A stretch of DNA of 63,985 nt, filler included, from an uncultured bacterium (lineage in GTDB: Bacteria; Auribacterota; CAZIXI01): the NCBI GenBank assembly GCA_964543115.1. It is 6 parts of 6 records of this genome, joined end to end, with 100 filler letters (N's around TTAATTAATTAA, not from the genome) between each part and the next. Parts side by side here need not be neighbours in the genome. Positions count along the whole stretch, not along the records: positions 23,442 to 34,982 come from CAZIXI010000097.1; 5 more parts are not named here. One strand, 5' to 3'. Both the position numbers and the translations under genes were made by a program. Shown in pieces: positions 23,342 through 32,975 of this stretch. Numbering within the stretch: position 1 is the first letter of the stretch; every line of letters starts with the position of its first letter. Under the pieces are notes generated by a model. It was not told where the DNA came from. It worked only from the letters and a program-made list of their open reading frames with translations, and searched no databases.

Positions 23342-23441
23342 NNNNNNNNNNNNNNNNNNNNNNNNNNNNNNNNNNNNNNNNNNNNTTAATTAATTAANNN
23401 NNNNNNNNNNNNNNNNNNNNNNNNNNNNNNNNNNNNNNNNN
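23342..23441. other. Artificial contig spacer
   Basis: N run with TTAATTAATTAA. Confidence 0.97.
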
Positions 23442-23442
23442 A

Positions 23443-26400
23443 AATTTAAATTGGACCAATAAAGCAAATATTTCTTTAGATACCAATTCATTTCTTAGCG
23501 CAAATAGCAAAGGATATAAAGGTGGCGTGCATGGTCATTTTGATGGTTATACTTATTCAGGAGCAGTTGCTGCCGGCGGAGCATCTAATGATTTTAGTGA
23601 TGGTGGTGGCGGTGGTGGCGGCGGTCTTGGCGGTGTGGGTGGAGATGGTGATCCGAACTGGACCGGGGATAATACAGGTGGAGGAACATTTGGTAGTGCA
23701 ACAGATCCCGCCACTTGCGGCGGTGGTGGTGGATCTGGATATGCCTGGCACTTAAATGGGCACAGATACATAAGCGGTCCCTATGGCGGTGGTAGAATTC
23801 TAATAAGCGCTTCCGGCTCAATCACAATGACGGGAAGTGCTTATATATCAGCTAATGGCGGTAATGGCTCCTATTATAGTACGATGTCCGGTGCGGGCGG
23901 CGGTGCCGGCGGGAGTATTAATATATCAGCTAACGCTATAAACGGCGGATCAATAAGCGCCAAAGGTGGAAAAGGAGATACTATTTCGCTAAGTGACCCT
24001 GGTGGTGGTGGCGGCGGCGGCAGAGTCGCGCTTTCATATGTATCTTCCAACATTGCCGCCGCGATGACGGCTGGCAATACCTGTACCGGGGGCTCAGGTC
24101 ACGAGAGTGGCGCTAACGGCAGCCTGGCAAAAACAGCAATTACCAAGCTAGCGAAACCGTCAATAACTTCTCCTGCTAATGGTGTGTATCAAATTAATCC
24201 GGCAAGTACACTTGCGGTAACGGCGTCCGCCGCCAGCGGTAATGGTGCGCACAGTAAAACTGACTGGCAGTTTGATAATAATATTGGCTTTGGCTCTCCT
24301 GTTAATGAATCTTTAAATGACGCGAGTAATTTGACTTCTTATACGGTTCCTTCCAGTACTTTTTCAAATAATACAAAATACTATGCCCGGGTACGCTATT
24401 ACAATGAGGCCGGCTGGTCCAGCTACTCTACCATAATTAATTTTACTACAGCCAATTCCTTTTCCGCTTCAACGCAAACCTGGCATTTTACGGATTCTTC
24501 TGAGTACACTTTTACTTCTACAAGTGTTGAAGTTGCTGCCGATAGCGGAGGAACCCTGGCAAGATTAAAAGATCAAGGCAGCGGTGCGTATAATGTTGCT
24601 TCTGCCGGGCTGCTTAGCGGCTGGTCGCGAAGAAAACCAATAACAATTACTGAAGGATCAGGGAGTACATTGTCAGATTATCAGGTTAGAGTACCGGTAG
24701 ATTATGACTCTGATATGCAGACAGATTTTGATGATATTAGATTTACATCGAGTGATGGATCAACTGAAATAGACTATTGGCTTGAGTCAAAAACAGATAG
24801 TACCTCAGCTGTGTTTTGGGTAGAAGTGCCCAGTCTTACTGCTTCAACTGATACGATTATATATATGTATTATGATAATGGTAATTGTAGCACTACTAGT
24901 AATGGTGATAATACATTTTTATTTTTTGATGCTTTTTCGGGCAGTTCAATTGATACAGATAAATGGACTGTTGTAAATGCTACTGGATGGAGTGTTACAG
25001 GTGGTAATTTAGTAGGGACGAACACTACGGGGCGGATTAGTACAGTGAGTACATTTTCCGCTCCTCAAGTTCTAGAGACAAGGACAATAAACAATACCGT
25101 TGCCAACAATGGGCAAATGACATTAGGTTTTTGGTCTTCTACTTCTAATGGTGTTGGTCTTATAGAGCACGCAGGTGGTAGCCCGATTCAATATTGGTAT
25201 CGGTCAGACAGCAGTTGGGTCGGACCGACCAATTTCGATACATTTTACAATTGGCATTTAGTAAGGATTTCTGTTAATTCATCTAATAGTGTTACACTTT
25301 ATATCGAAGATTTATCTGATAATAATACAAGTACAAAAAGTTTCTCTAATGCCATATCCAGTGAACCAATAACATTGGGAAAAAGATACGATAATTCTTT
25401 TGCGGGACAGGCATATGATCAATACTGGGATTGGATCCGTGTTAGAAAATACGCGTCCACGGAACCATCTGTGGTTACTGGGAGCGAGCAGATACCTTTA
25501 GCTTATGACGCTGTAAAGGTCATCCCGGCCTCAGGCGGTGACCATCCGACATATTCAGTGCAGCTGCTTACATTTGCGCATTCATTAGGTGCCGGAAACC
25601 AGGGAACTGTTTATTATCAACTATCACACAATGGTACAAACTGGTATTACAATAATGGCGGTAGCTGGACAGTGGTAACCGTTGATTCCAGTCACAAGAA
25701 TACTGCTTCAGAAGTAAATAACTGGATTCCGGTATTTCATTCTGATGTTGGTACGGGTGATCTTTATTTCAAGGCATTTCTAGTTTCCAACGGCACTCAG
25801 AAGGTGGAGTTGGACAGTATTACCGTAACCTATGATCCCCAGCCCGGCCAGCCTAACGGAGCCGTGGAAGCAGACACGCGCATGCCGGATTTTAGTACTG
25901 GTGCCTATTCCGGACCGGGGTCGCACCTGAATACCACCTGGAACTTGACTTCTAACAATGTAAATCCGGCTGCGCAGGGTGCAGTGATTGTCTGGTCATC
26001 CAACACAGACGCCAACAATCTAACCTCCATCGAGATGGTTGATGGTACCCTTGCGGGTTCTTTAAGCGGCCTGAGTCAACTGCATGCCGCTACCACTTAT
26101 TATCTCTGGGTAAGGTACCAGAGTAATAATAACCAGTTTGGCCCGTGGTCGGCAGCCGATTCATTTGCCACCCCGGCCAATAATGTACCGTTAACGCCGG
26201 CACCTATTTATCCTCCGGCCGGCGGTACAGAAATACCCAAGACACCGCAGATACAGTCATCTTCCTTCTCTGATACAGATGGAGATCCGCACGTTAGTAC
26301 TGATTATTATTTTTATGAATCGCAAGATGCCGGCGGTGATGTTATCTGGTCGTCAGTAGCTGATATAACCAATAAAACAACTATTGATTTAAGTACCGGC

Positions 26401-28683
26401 GGTACCTGGGCCGGTGAGCACGCCAGCCACAACGAATTGAAAGCGCATACTACTTATTCTTACCGGGTTAGATACAGGGATAATCAATCAATTGCTGATT
26501 CCAGTTTATCTGGAGTTAAATATTTTACTACCGCTAACACCACCCCGGTAAAAACAACTGATCTGCCCTCGCAGGAATTTACAGCTCCCGGTTCTAGTCC
26601 CGTAACTTTGAATGACTTTTTTCAGGACGCGGATTGGAACGATAATGATGTGTTTACCTATAGTGTGGTTGATGATTGGCTCTATGGGGATGTGACTATA
26701 AACAATGATACCGGAGTGGCGACCTTTACCTATACCGGTATCACCAGCAAGGCGCAGACTGCCCGGCGGGAGCAGAGTGGCTTAAGGGCGATGAGTACAA
26801 CCGAGGTTACGGATACAGTAACTATCCGCTGTACAGACGGCGGCGGCGCCTATGTGGACAGTGTGCTGACGATTGTGCATCATGAGCCGGATGACGACAC
26901 TGGCGGAACGGATTCCGACAGTGACAATATGCCGGACAGCTGGGAAGAGCAGTATGGGCTGGATCCCAATGACAGTACGGGCGTTAATGGTGCAGACGGC
27001 GATCTGGATGGAGATGGCCAGACAAACTATTATGAATACACGGCCGGGACTGTGCCCAATAACAGTGAAAGTGTTTTCCGGGCAACAGCAGCTGAGGTGA
27101 CTAGTGATGGTAGTTCTGTAAACATCCAGTTTCCTACCGCCAGCAACCGTTATTATACGATTTATTATGGTGAGGACTTAAGCACCTGGACCGCGGCGCA
27201 AACGATTAGCGGAACGGGAGAGAGCACTACCTTTACTGATGACGGTACCTATACAGGCACCACGCCGTCAACTGATTCCGTTAGCAAACGATTTTATAAA
27301 ATCACTCCCAGTCTGACAGATCCCAGTCTGGCTGCGGGCACTGTAGTGGAGTCCCCGGTAAAGAGTAATTGGTACGCGGCCGAAGGTTGTACTGCCGGAA
27401 ACTTTGACGAATGGGTGCTGATCATGAATCCGGGAGAGATGGATGCCCAGGTTGCTTTAACCTGTATGCTGGAAGATGGCACCACTAAAGAAGCAACAGT
27501 AATGGTGCCCGCTACCAGCCGTTATTCGGTGGATGTGGGCAGTCTTGTCCCGGATGCGGCAGTATCGGTGCAGGCAACTGCAGCTGATAGCAAGGGGATT
27601 ATTGTTGAACGCAGTATGTACTGGCAGAGTGGGTTAGGGGGGCATAACAGTACCGCGGTGGCTGATCCGGCGCTTACCTGGTATCTGGCGGAAGGGTGTA
27701 CGGCGGGGGATTTTGAGGAATGGGTTTTATTGATGAATCCCAATGATGTAACCGCAGATGTATTAGTGACGTTTATGAAAAATACGGGAGAAATAGTAAA
27801 TAAACAAATAAATGTCGGTGGCCATAGCCGTTACACAATACATGTGGATGAACTGATACCGGCAAGTGAGGTATCCGTTAAAATACGCTCACTCAATGAA
27901 GTTACGATCATTGCCGAACGGGCGATGTATTGGGGCAGTGGATCAGTGGAGCAGGTGGGCGGTCATTGTAACCGCGGAGTAATGGCACCGGCCAACACCT
28001 GGTATCTGGCGGAAGGCTGCACAGCTGGAAGTTTCAGCACCTGGATCGCGATAATGAATCCCTGGCCGTATGCGGCCAAGGTTAAGGTAACCTTTATGCA
28101 GGAAAACGGTACGAATAAGGAAAAACAACTAACCATTCCGGCCACCAGCCGGCAGACAATAAATGTTAACGAAGAGGTTCCGGAGGCGGCTGTGTCCACC
28201 AAGGTTGAGTCCACTAATGGTATATCAGTAGTGGTAGAGAGGACCATGTATTGGGATGCCGGCGGCATAAGCTGGGCGGGCGGCCATTGTAATAGCGGGG
28301 TTACCGCGCCGGCTACTACCTGGTATCTGGCGGAGGGCTGTACCTCTGGTGGATATGAATTATGGATACTGTTAATGAATCCGCGAAACACCAGAGCGGA
28401 AACCAGGGTTACCTTTATGAAGGATGACGGCACAACAATAGAGAATAATGTGGTTATCGGTCCCACTAGCCGGTATTCGATTAATGTAAATGAAATAGTA
28501 CCAGATGCCTCCGTATCTACCAAGGTAGAGGCAACCGGCGGAGTAGATATAATTGCCGAACGGGCAATGTACTGGAACGCCGATAGTGCTGTTTTGAATG
28601 CTGCTACCGGCCGCAGCTTCCAGACAGGTTCCAATGGCCAGGTCAACTGGATCGGCGGTCATTGTAGTTCAGGAGGAAATTAA
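23443..28683 (+). CDS. Large surface adhesin-like protein (5' truncated): Gly-rich repeats, FN3-like, DUF2341, TSP3-like Ca-binding repeats, 4 WYxAEG (DUF5719-like) repeats
   Basis: Frame open from the gap (NLNWTNKANISLD...); GGGGGGR repeats; YYARVRYYN, YYLWVRY, YSYRVRY FN3-like strands; SGWSRRKPITI...DIRFT; DSDSDNMPDSWEEQYGLDP; ends WIGGHCSSGGN. Confidence 0.85.
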   Translation, partial: NLNWTNKANISLDTNSFLSANSKGYKGGVHGHFDGYTYSGAVAAGGASNDFSDGGGGGGGGLGGVGGDGDPNWTGDNTGGGTFGSATDPATCGGGGGSGYAWHLNGHRYISGPYGGGRILISASGSITMTGSAYISANGGNGSYYSTMSGAGGGAGGSINISANAINGGSISAKGGKGDTISLSDPGGGGGGGRVALSYVSSNIAAAMTAGNTCTGGSGHESGANGSLAKTAITKLAKPSITSPANGVYQINPASTLAVTASAASGNGAHSKTDWQFDNNIGFGSPVNESLNDASNLTSYTVPSSTFSNNTKYYARVRYYNEAGWSSYSTIINFTTANSFSASTQTWHFTDSSEYTFTSTSVEVAADSGGTLARLKDQGSGAYNVASAGLLSGWSRRKPITITEGSGSTLSDYQVRVPVDYDSDMQTDFDDIRFTSSDGSTEIDYWLESKTDSTSAVFWVEVPSLTASTDTIIYMYYDNGNCSTTSNGDNTFLFFDAFSGSSIDTDKWTVVNATGWSVTGGNLVGTNTTGRISTVSTFSAPQVLETRTINNTVANNGQMTLGFWSSTSNGVGLIEHAGGSPIQYWYRSDSSWVGPTNFDTFYNWHLVRISVNSSNSVTLYIEDLSDNNTSTKSFSNAISSEPITLGKRYDNSFAGQAYDQYWDWIRVRKYASTEPSVVTGSEQIPLAYDAVKVIPASGGDHPTYSVQLLTFAHSLGAGNQGTVYYQLSHNGTNWYYNNGGSWTVVTVDSSHKNTASEVNNWIPVFHSDVGTGDLYFKAFLVSNGTQKVELDSITVTYDPQPGQPNGAVEADTRMPDFSTGAYSGPGSHLNTTWNLTSNNVNPAAQGAVIVWSSNTDANNLTSIEMVDGTLAGSLSGLSQLHAATTYYLWVRYQSNNNQFGPWSAADSFATPANNVPLTPAPIYPPAGGTEIPKTPQIQSSSFSDTDGDPHVSTDYYFYESQDAGGDVIWSSVADITNKTTIDLSTGGTWAGEHASHNELKAHTTYSYRVRYRDNQSIADSSLSGVKYFTTANTTPVKTTDLPSQEFTAPGSSPVTLNDFFQDADWNDNDVFTYSVVDDWLYGDVTINNDTGVATFTYTGITSKAQTARREQSGLRAMSTTEVTDTVTIRCTDGGGAYVDSVLTIVHHEPDDDTGGTDSDSDNMPDSWEEQYGLDPNDSTGVNGADGDLDGDGQTNYYEYTAGTVPNNSESVFRATAAEVTSDGSSVNIQFPTASNRYYTIYYGEDLSTWTAAQTISGTGESTTFTDDGTYTGTTPSTDSVSKRFYKITPSLTDPSLAAGTVVESPVKSNWYAAEGCTAGNFDEWVLIMNPGEMDAQVALTCMLEDGTTKEATVMVPATSRYSVDVGSLVPDAAVSVQATAADSKGIIVERSMYWQSGLGGHNSTAVADPALTWYLAEGCTAGDFEEWVLLMNPNDVTADVLVTFMKNTGEIVNKQINVGGHSRYTIHVDELIPASEVSVKIRSLNEVTIIAERAMYWGSGSVEQVGGHCNRGVMAPANTWYLAEGCTAGSFSTWIAIMNPWPYAAKVKVTFMQENGTNKEKQLTIPATSRQTINVNEEVPEAAVSTKVESTNGISVVVERTMYWDAGGISWAGGHCNSGVTAPATTWYLAEGCTSGGYELWILLMNPRNTRAETRVTFMKDDGTTIENNVVIGPTSRYSINVNEIVPDASVSTKVEATGGVDIIAERAMYWNADSAVLNAATGRSFQTGSNGQVNWIGGHCSSGGN

Positions 28684-28991
28684 GCGTTATAGCTTTTTAG
28701 CTTTTTTATCATTTGCTGATATACAGCCATTCTTTCACGTTTTCCCACGGCAAATATAGTGACTGTATTTTTGCTTTCATCAATGTTGTAAACAATGCGG
28801 TACTTTTTCCTGAAGAAGTACATCTTCATATATCCGCTAAGATCCATGCCTGCCTTGTTTCCTAGAGGCAGACCCAACTGGGGAGATTTTATTAATTTAT
28901 TGAATTGGGGGAGGGCCAGTTTCTGGATAGATTTATCAAGTTTGTCAAATTCCTGTTCGGCTTCTGGCTTCCAATGTAGATTATAGGTCAT
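28680..28991 (-). CDS. Type II toxin, RelE/ParE family
   Basis: MTYNLHWKPEAEQEFDKL...PL...LSGYMK...YRIVY...IFAVGKR; ATG 28991 overlaps the antitoxin 3' end. Confidence 0.88.
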   Translation of the reverse strand: MTYNLHWKPEAEQEFDKLDKSIQKLALPQFNKLIKSPQLGLPLGNKAGMDLSGYMKMYFFRKKYRIVYNIDESKNTVTIFAVGKRERMAVYQQMIKKLKSYNA

Positions 28992-29271
28992 ATTTTTCCC
29001 GCAACTTCTTGATAGAGAGGTCTTTCTCCGGACTATCTTTCCTTTGCTCAATAATTTTATAAATAGCAGAATGTTCCAGTAACTCCTCTAATTTCTCGAG
29101 CTGCTCTATTAACTGCTCATAGCGGTCAAATGAGATTAAGACTGCTTCTGGCATGTTGCGCTTAAATATGAATATATCGTGATCATTAAGGTCTTCTGCG
29201 ATATATTTAGCGAAAGAACGAACAAGCTCTGTGCTGCTGACAATCTGGTCTTTGTCAAATGAAATAGACAT
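28981..29271 (-). CDS. Type II antitoxin, Phd/YefM family
   Basis: IVSSTELVRSF...IFIFKRNMPEAVLISFDRYEQL; GAGGT RBS before ATG 29271; directly upstream of the toxin. Confidence 0.88.
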   Translation of the reverse strand: MSISFDKDQIVSSTELVRSFAKYIAEDLNDHDIFIFKRNMPEAVLISFDRYEQLIEQLEKLEELLEHSAIYKIIEQRKDSPEKDLSIKKLREKYDL

Positions 29272-29324
29272 TTTTACCTCCATGTATGTATGCAAATACG
29301 TAAATAATCTGTATTTATATACAT

Positions 29325-29353
29325 ATAATAACATGTAACAACAAGCGCGTCAA
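29325..29353 (-). promoter_or_regulatory. Sigma70 promoter of the TA operon
   Basis: TTGACG-17 bp-TATTAT with TG extended -10. Confidence 0.7.
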
Positions 29354-29516
29354 GTTATTATTTTGTTAAGGTAGTGTCAAGCAATGGACAATTTCTCTAA
29401 TAAATTTGGAGTTTATTCCTAAAATTCGGGAATTTACCCAATAATTGGCCTGTCGCAAGATTCATTAGCTATTGCCAGCAAAAGACTTATCTTGATTCGT
29501 GTATTTCTCCTACAAT

Positions 29517-29532
29517 TGGCATAACCTATGCT
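29517..29532 (+). promoter_or_regulatory. Sigma54 (-24/-12) promoter of the pseudopilin operon
   Basis: TGGCAT-AACCT-ATGCT with canonical GG/GC spacing, about 40 bp before the ATG. Confidence 0.65.
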
Positions 29533-29571
29533 TATTTAAAGTCAGCAAACGTAGTTCCGGCAGGAGGAAAT

Positions 29572-29952
29572 ATGAAGGAAAAGAAAAGGGAAAAGGGATT
29601 TTCGTTACTAGAGGTCATTGTATCTATGTTGATCCTATCAATAGTGGTGCCCGGCACCTTCTGTTTGATTGTTACCTCTAATAGTTCCCTGGAAGAATCA
29701 AAACAACGCCTGCAGGCGGTTAATCAGGCGCAGGCGGTAATCGAAAGGCTGAGATATTATGTGAGTTCTGATCCTGCTGATCCAGTATTTGCCGGGCGGG
29801 CCCTGGCTGACGGTACGGATTATTCACCAGTAATAGTGGGATTGCGGGCCACTCCCAGTGTGGAAAGCGATTCTATGGCCACGTGGAATTATGATGTAAC
29901 GAGCATGACCGATACTAATTGTAAGCGGGTTGATGTAGCGGTTAATTGGTAA
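29572..29952 (+). CDS. Type IV pilin/pseudopilin with N-terminal methylation motif (PilV-like)
   Basis: KG-FSLLEVIVSM prepilin cleavage site; AGGAGG RBS. Confidence 0.88.
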   Translation: MKEKKREKGFSLLEVIVSMLILSIVVPGTFCLIVTSNSSLEESKQRLQAVNQAQAVIERLRYYVSSDPADPVFAGRALADGTDYSPVIVGLRATPSVESDSMATWNYDVTSMTDTNCKRVDVAVNW

Positions 29953-29957
29953 AAAAT

Positions 29958-30503
29958 ATGAAAACTAAAAATAAAAGTGGATTTACATTAATGGAGTTCC
30001 TGGTGAGTACCACCATTACGATCCTGATCATGGGATTGGCCTGCTCTTTTTTTATCAGCGGTACCAGCCTTTCCGATGATATGCTCTGTTCCGTTCAGGC
30101 CCAGCGCAATGCCCAGATCGCGGTGATGCATCTGGATAAATATGCCCGTAATGCCGCCAGTGAATTTACGGTGGCCAGCGGGACCAGTGTTGTTGACCCG
30201 ACACGCACCGTTAGTTATCTGGAATATAATGTTTATGATTCACCGCCGGATATAATTAACGGCCCGGCGATTACCAGCCGGTATGAATATTATGATAATA
30301 ATTTAATATATATTCCGGATACCGCGGGCGCGGAAGTGGTTCTGGTTTCTAAGTATATAAATGATTGTGAATTTACTTTTACTGCCAGAACGGCGGACAA
30401 TATTGTGCTGGAAGTGGAAATTGAGGCACTTGATAACAATTATGATCCGGAGTCTGTCTGTGCTGTCAGCACAATGGTGTCCGCGGCAGCTACTGTTTCC
30501 TAG
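29958..30503 (+). CDS. Type IV minor pilin/pseudopilin (PilW/GspJ-like)
   Basis: SG-FTLMEFLVS prepilin motif; start ATG 29958. Confidence 0.87.
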   Translation: MKTKNKSGFTLMEFLVSTTITILIMGLACSFFISGTSLSDDMLCSVQAQRNAQIAVMHLDKYARNAASEFTVASGTSVVDPTRTVSYLEYNVYDSPPDIINGPAITSRYEYYDNNLIYIPDTAGAEVVLVSKYINDCEFTFTARTADNIVLEVEIEALDNNYDPESVCAVSTMVSAAATVS

Positions 30504-30513
30504 GGGGATGATT

Positions 30514-30858
30514 ATGAAATTTACGGATAATAAAGGCGGAATGTTGTTGTTCACGGTTGTGGCCACACTGGTAATGTCTTTTACCTGTGCCACGCTGGCC
30601 ACGCTGATGCTGAATGAAAGGCTGTTGATTGACCAGGAAATCAAAAGAAAAGAGGCAATGAATATCGCGCGGGCCGGGATGGAATACGCCTATGATTTAA
30701 TGAATGAGGAATTAACCGTTCCCAGCAGTATGGAAATAACCAGTGCTGCCGGTACTGTTTATACGGTCAATCTAGCCGTTGTTGCCCCCAGTCTGGGTGA
30801 TGATGATTATGGTGTTAGTGATTATCGGATTGACGCAACTGTGGAATATGACGTTTAA
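30514..30858 (+). CDS. PilX/GspK-like minor pilin
   Basis: NKGG-MLLFTVVATLVM lacking Glu5; A...ARAG.EYA motif; third gene of the cluster. Confidence 0.75.
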   Translation: MKFTDNKGGMLLFTVVATLVMSFTCATLATLMLNERLLIDQEIKRKEAMNIARAGMEYAYDLMNEELTVPSSMEITSAAGTVYTVNLAVVAPSLGDDDYGVSDYRIDATVEYDV

Positions 30859-30862
30859 AACT

Positions 30863-30887
30863 GTAGGGGAGGGCCTTGTGCCCTCCC
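30863..30887 (+). repeat. GTAG-type REP-like palindrome
   Basis: GTAG-GGGAGGGC-CTTGT-GCCCTCCC, intergenic. Confidence 0.6.
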
Positions 30888-30903
30888 GAAATTGGGAGGG
30901 AAA

Positions 30904-32409
30904 ATGAAAAAAATCATTCTGATATTTATCCTAATGTTCTTTTTTGTCGGTCGGGCAGGAGGTGAGGAGATATCAATAAGCACCTATCATCCATCACCGA
31001 TCGGAACTTACAGCCGGTTGAAATTGGGTGAACAGGATTCTTCCGGATACAGGCGATTCTTAAACGCGGTTTTTGATGAAACCACAGAGGCCCATCTTTT
31101 TTATGTCTCTAATGATGTCACTGCTTCACGCGGGTTTACTGACAAGATTATCTTTTCACATACTGCTAGTTCGATAAGTAATGACTGGGTAATGGATGAA
31201 GACGGCCAGATCGGTATCGGTACGGACAGTCCGGCAGGCATCTTTAATGTAGTTGGCGGGGACGATACGGAAGATATTGTGGCCTTTATGCCCGGAACTG
31301 ATAGTGGAAGCGGATCAACGGATATGAAGGTGGGTATTGGGACAGATTCCCCCAGCACGTCTCTGGAAGTCTCCGGTGAAGACGAAACTTCCGTGGCCAT
31401 AACAAATTACAGTGACACTGACAGTAACTGCCCGTCTGTCAGCCTAAAAAGAGCGCGTTATGCCGGTTCAAGCCCCGCGGCAACAACCATGGACCAGTTG
31501 CTGGGTAAGGTCACCTTTCAGGGTTATGACGGCTCCGCCTGGCAGGATGCTGCCTGTATTTATGCTGAAGCCAAAGACCAATTCGCTTCCAGCGTTGAAG
31601 CTGACTTGTATTTTCAAAACAGTGACGGCAGCGGTCTGGAGACCAGAATGTTTATTGATCAAGCTGGTGATATCGGTTTCGGGACAACAAGCCCGGGAAG
31701 TGATTTACACATCTATGATGACGTTGATAATTTTATGGGTATTTTTATAGAGAACAATTCCGATAGCTCAAACTCTTCTGAAGGCCTTTATTTTATCAAC
31801 GAAAATGGGCAGCAAAGCGGTATTCGCACCTATGATGATGATCACGCAAGTTACGCGAATCAGTTAAGAATATTCAATAACCGTTTGGACAGCGCCGGGC
31901 AGAGTAACGGGGGCATAGAGCTGTTAGCCGGTAGTGCTGGTACTCTAAGATTAGGGGTTTCAGGAGCGACAAATGCCTTTGTAATTGATTCTACTCATAA
32001 TGTTGGGATCGGCAGAACACCTGATGCCAGTTATAAATTAGATGTTAGTGGAACGATTCGTGCTTCTGGTGGTTTTACTGAATCTGACGCAAGATTAAAG
32101 AAAAATGTAAAAACTATCGAGGATCCTTTAGTCAAGATACAAAATCTCCGGGGAGTGGAGTTTGAATGGAAGACAGATGAATATCCAGACAGGGGATATC
32201 AGGAAGGGATACAGATCGGTTTGATTGCCCAGGAAACAGAGGAGGTTTTGCCGGAACTTGTCTTGGAAGATGACGAAGGATACAAGGCCGTTGCTTATGC
32301 AAATATTGTAGCTCTTCTGATTGAAGGGATGAAGGAACAGGAAGACAGGATCAGGGCGCTGGAAGCGAAGATCGAGCAAATGGAAGGGAAAATTAACCAA
32401 AAAAACTAG
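30904..32409 (+). CDS. Secreted tail-fibre-like protein with C-terminal peptidase S74 intramolecular chaperone
   Basis: Signal peptide; ISTYHPSPIGTY motif; G.IGIGT.SP repeats; SDARLKKNV...LRGVEFEW...IGLIAQE...VLPELV...VAYANIVALLIEGMKE and terminal coiled coil. Confidence 0.85.
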   Translation: MKKIILIFILMFFFVGRAGGEEISISTYHPSPIGTYSRLKLGEQDSSGYRRFLNAVFDETTEAHLFYVSNDVTASRGFTDKIIFSHTASSISNDWVMDEDGQIGIGTDSPAGIFNVVGGDDTEDIVAFMPGTDSGSGSTDMKVGIGTDSPSTSLEVSGEDETSVAITNYSDTDSNCPSVSLKRARYAGSSPAATTMDQLLGKVTFQGYDGSAWQDAACIYAEAKDQFASSVEADLYFQNSDGSGLETRMFIDQAGDIGFGTTSPGSDLHIYDDVDNFMGIFIENNSDSSNSSEGLYFINENGQQSGIRTYDDDHASYANQLRIFNNRLDSAGQSNGGIELLAGSAGTLRLGVSGATNAFVIDSTHNVGIGRTPDASYKLDVSGTIRASGGFTESDARLKKNVKTIEDPLVKIQNLRGVEFEWKTDEYPDRGYQEGIQIGLIAQETEEVLPELVLEDDEGYKAVAYANIVALLIEGMKEQEDRIRALEAKIEQMEGKINQKN

Positions 32410-32516
32410 GAGTTTATTCCGGGAAATAGCTGGGAAGAGCTGTCCGGCAAAGTGAAAGCATCTTCTATTGGTTTGCGTTGCAATTACATATAAAATATTA
32501 GAAATTGTCCCTATGT

Positions 32517-32532
32517 TGGCATATTTTGTGCG
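32517..32532 (+). promoter_or_regulatory. Second sigma54-type (-24/-12) site
   Basis: TGGCAT-ATTTT-GTGCG, canonical spacing; about 490 bp upstream of the next CDS. Confidence 0.5.
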
Positions 32533-32600
32533 TTATAAGAGTGTAAGAGTAGAACAGAACAATAGAACAACGAGATGTTTGCTTCTGGCAGAAAATATTG

Positions 32601-32661
32601 ACCCCTAGTCGCCCTGCGGGCGCCTCGGGGCGGTAACGGAATTTTTCAAATTCCATTACCG
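32601..32661. repeat. Dispersed double-hairpin element, copy 1
   Basis: Similar to the reverse complement of 46386-46445; stem CGGTAACGGAATTT/AAATTCCATTACCG. Confidence 0.8.
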
Positions 32662-32829
32662 TAAAATGTCCATCCCGGTAAAAGAGTGATTAAATCCCCC
32701 CAGCTCTTTACTGGGATGGATTGTGAAAGGCGGGAGCAAAGAAAGAGAATAAATTTTTCAAATTTCATTATCGTAGAGTCCATCTCGGGAAGATATTCTT
32801 GCCCCCCAAGTCTCTTTTCTGGGATGGGC
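32640..32829 (+). repeat. Two tandem ~112-bp-period units, each with a long hairpin
   Basis: AATTTTTCAAATT.CATTA.CGTA...GTCCATC.CGG...CCCCCCA...CTGGGATGG present twice. Confidence 0.7.
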
Positions 32830-32880
32830 TTTTTTCGGCCTGTGGCCGTGTCAGTAGCTGCTTAAAAGTAAAAATAAATA

Positions 32881-32975
32881 AACCACGAAGAACACGAAGT
32901 ACACGAAGAATTAAATTTAAAAATATTTAAATAATGCTTCGTGCTCTTCGTGTATTTCTTCGTGGTCTTCGTGGT
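32881..32975. repeat. CACGAA/TTCGTG multi-unit inverted repeat
   Basis: Three CACGAAG units, AT-rich loop, four CTTCGTG units. Confidence 0.8.

Noticed and set aside
22408..23397. 329-aa plus-strand Leu/Val/Ala-rich ORF
   Set aside because: Antisense shadow of the EPQPEP repeats; runs into Ns
28981..29334. ORF-track extended starts (antitoxin 29334, toxin 29051, argF 37776, argB 39730, PilX-like 30361)
   Set aside because: Extensions overlap promoters or neighbouring genes; downstream ATGs have an RBS or translational coupling and fit family N-termini
29408..32420. 12-bp direct repeat as att site or target-site duplication of a mobile island
   Set aside because: No integrase or transposase; equal spacing to two sigma54 sites is better explained as an activator site
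32601..32975. Integron attC sites
   Set aside because: I could not identify paired RYYYAAC/GTTRRRY core sites bounding the hairpins; no integrase or cassette array
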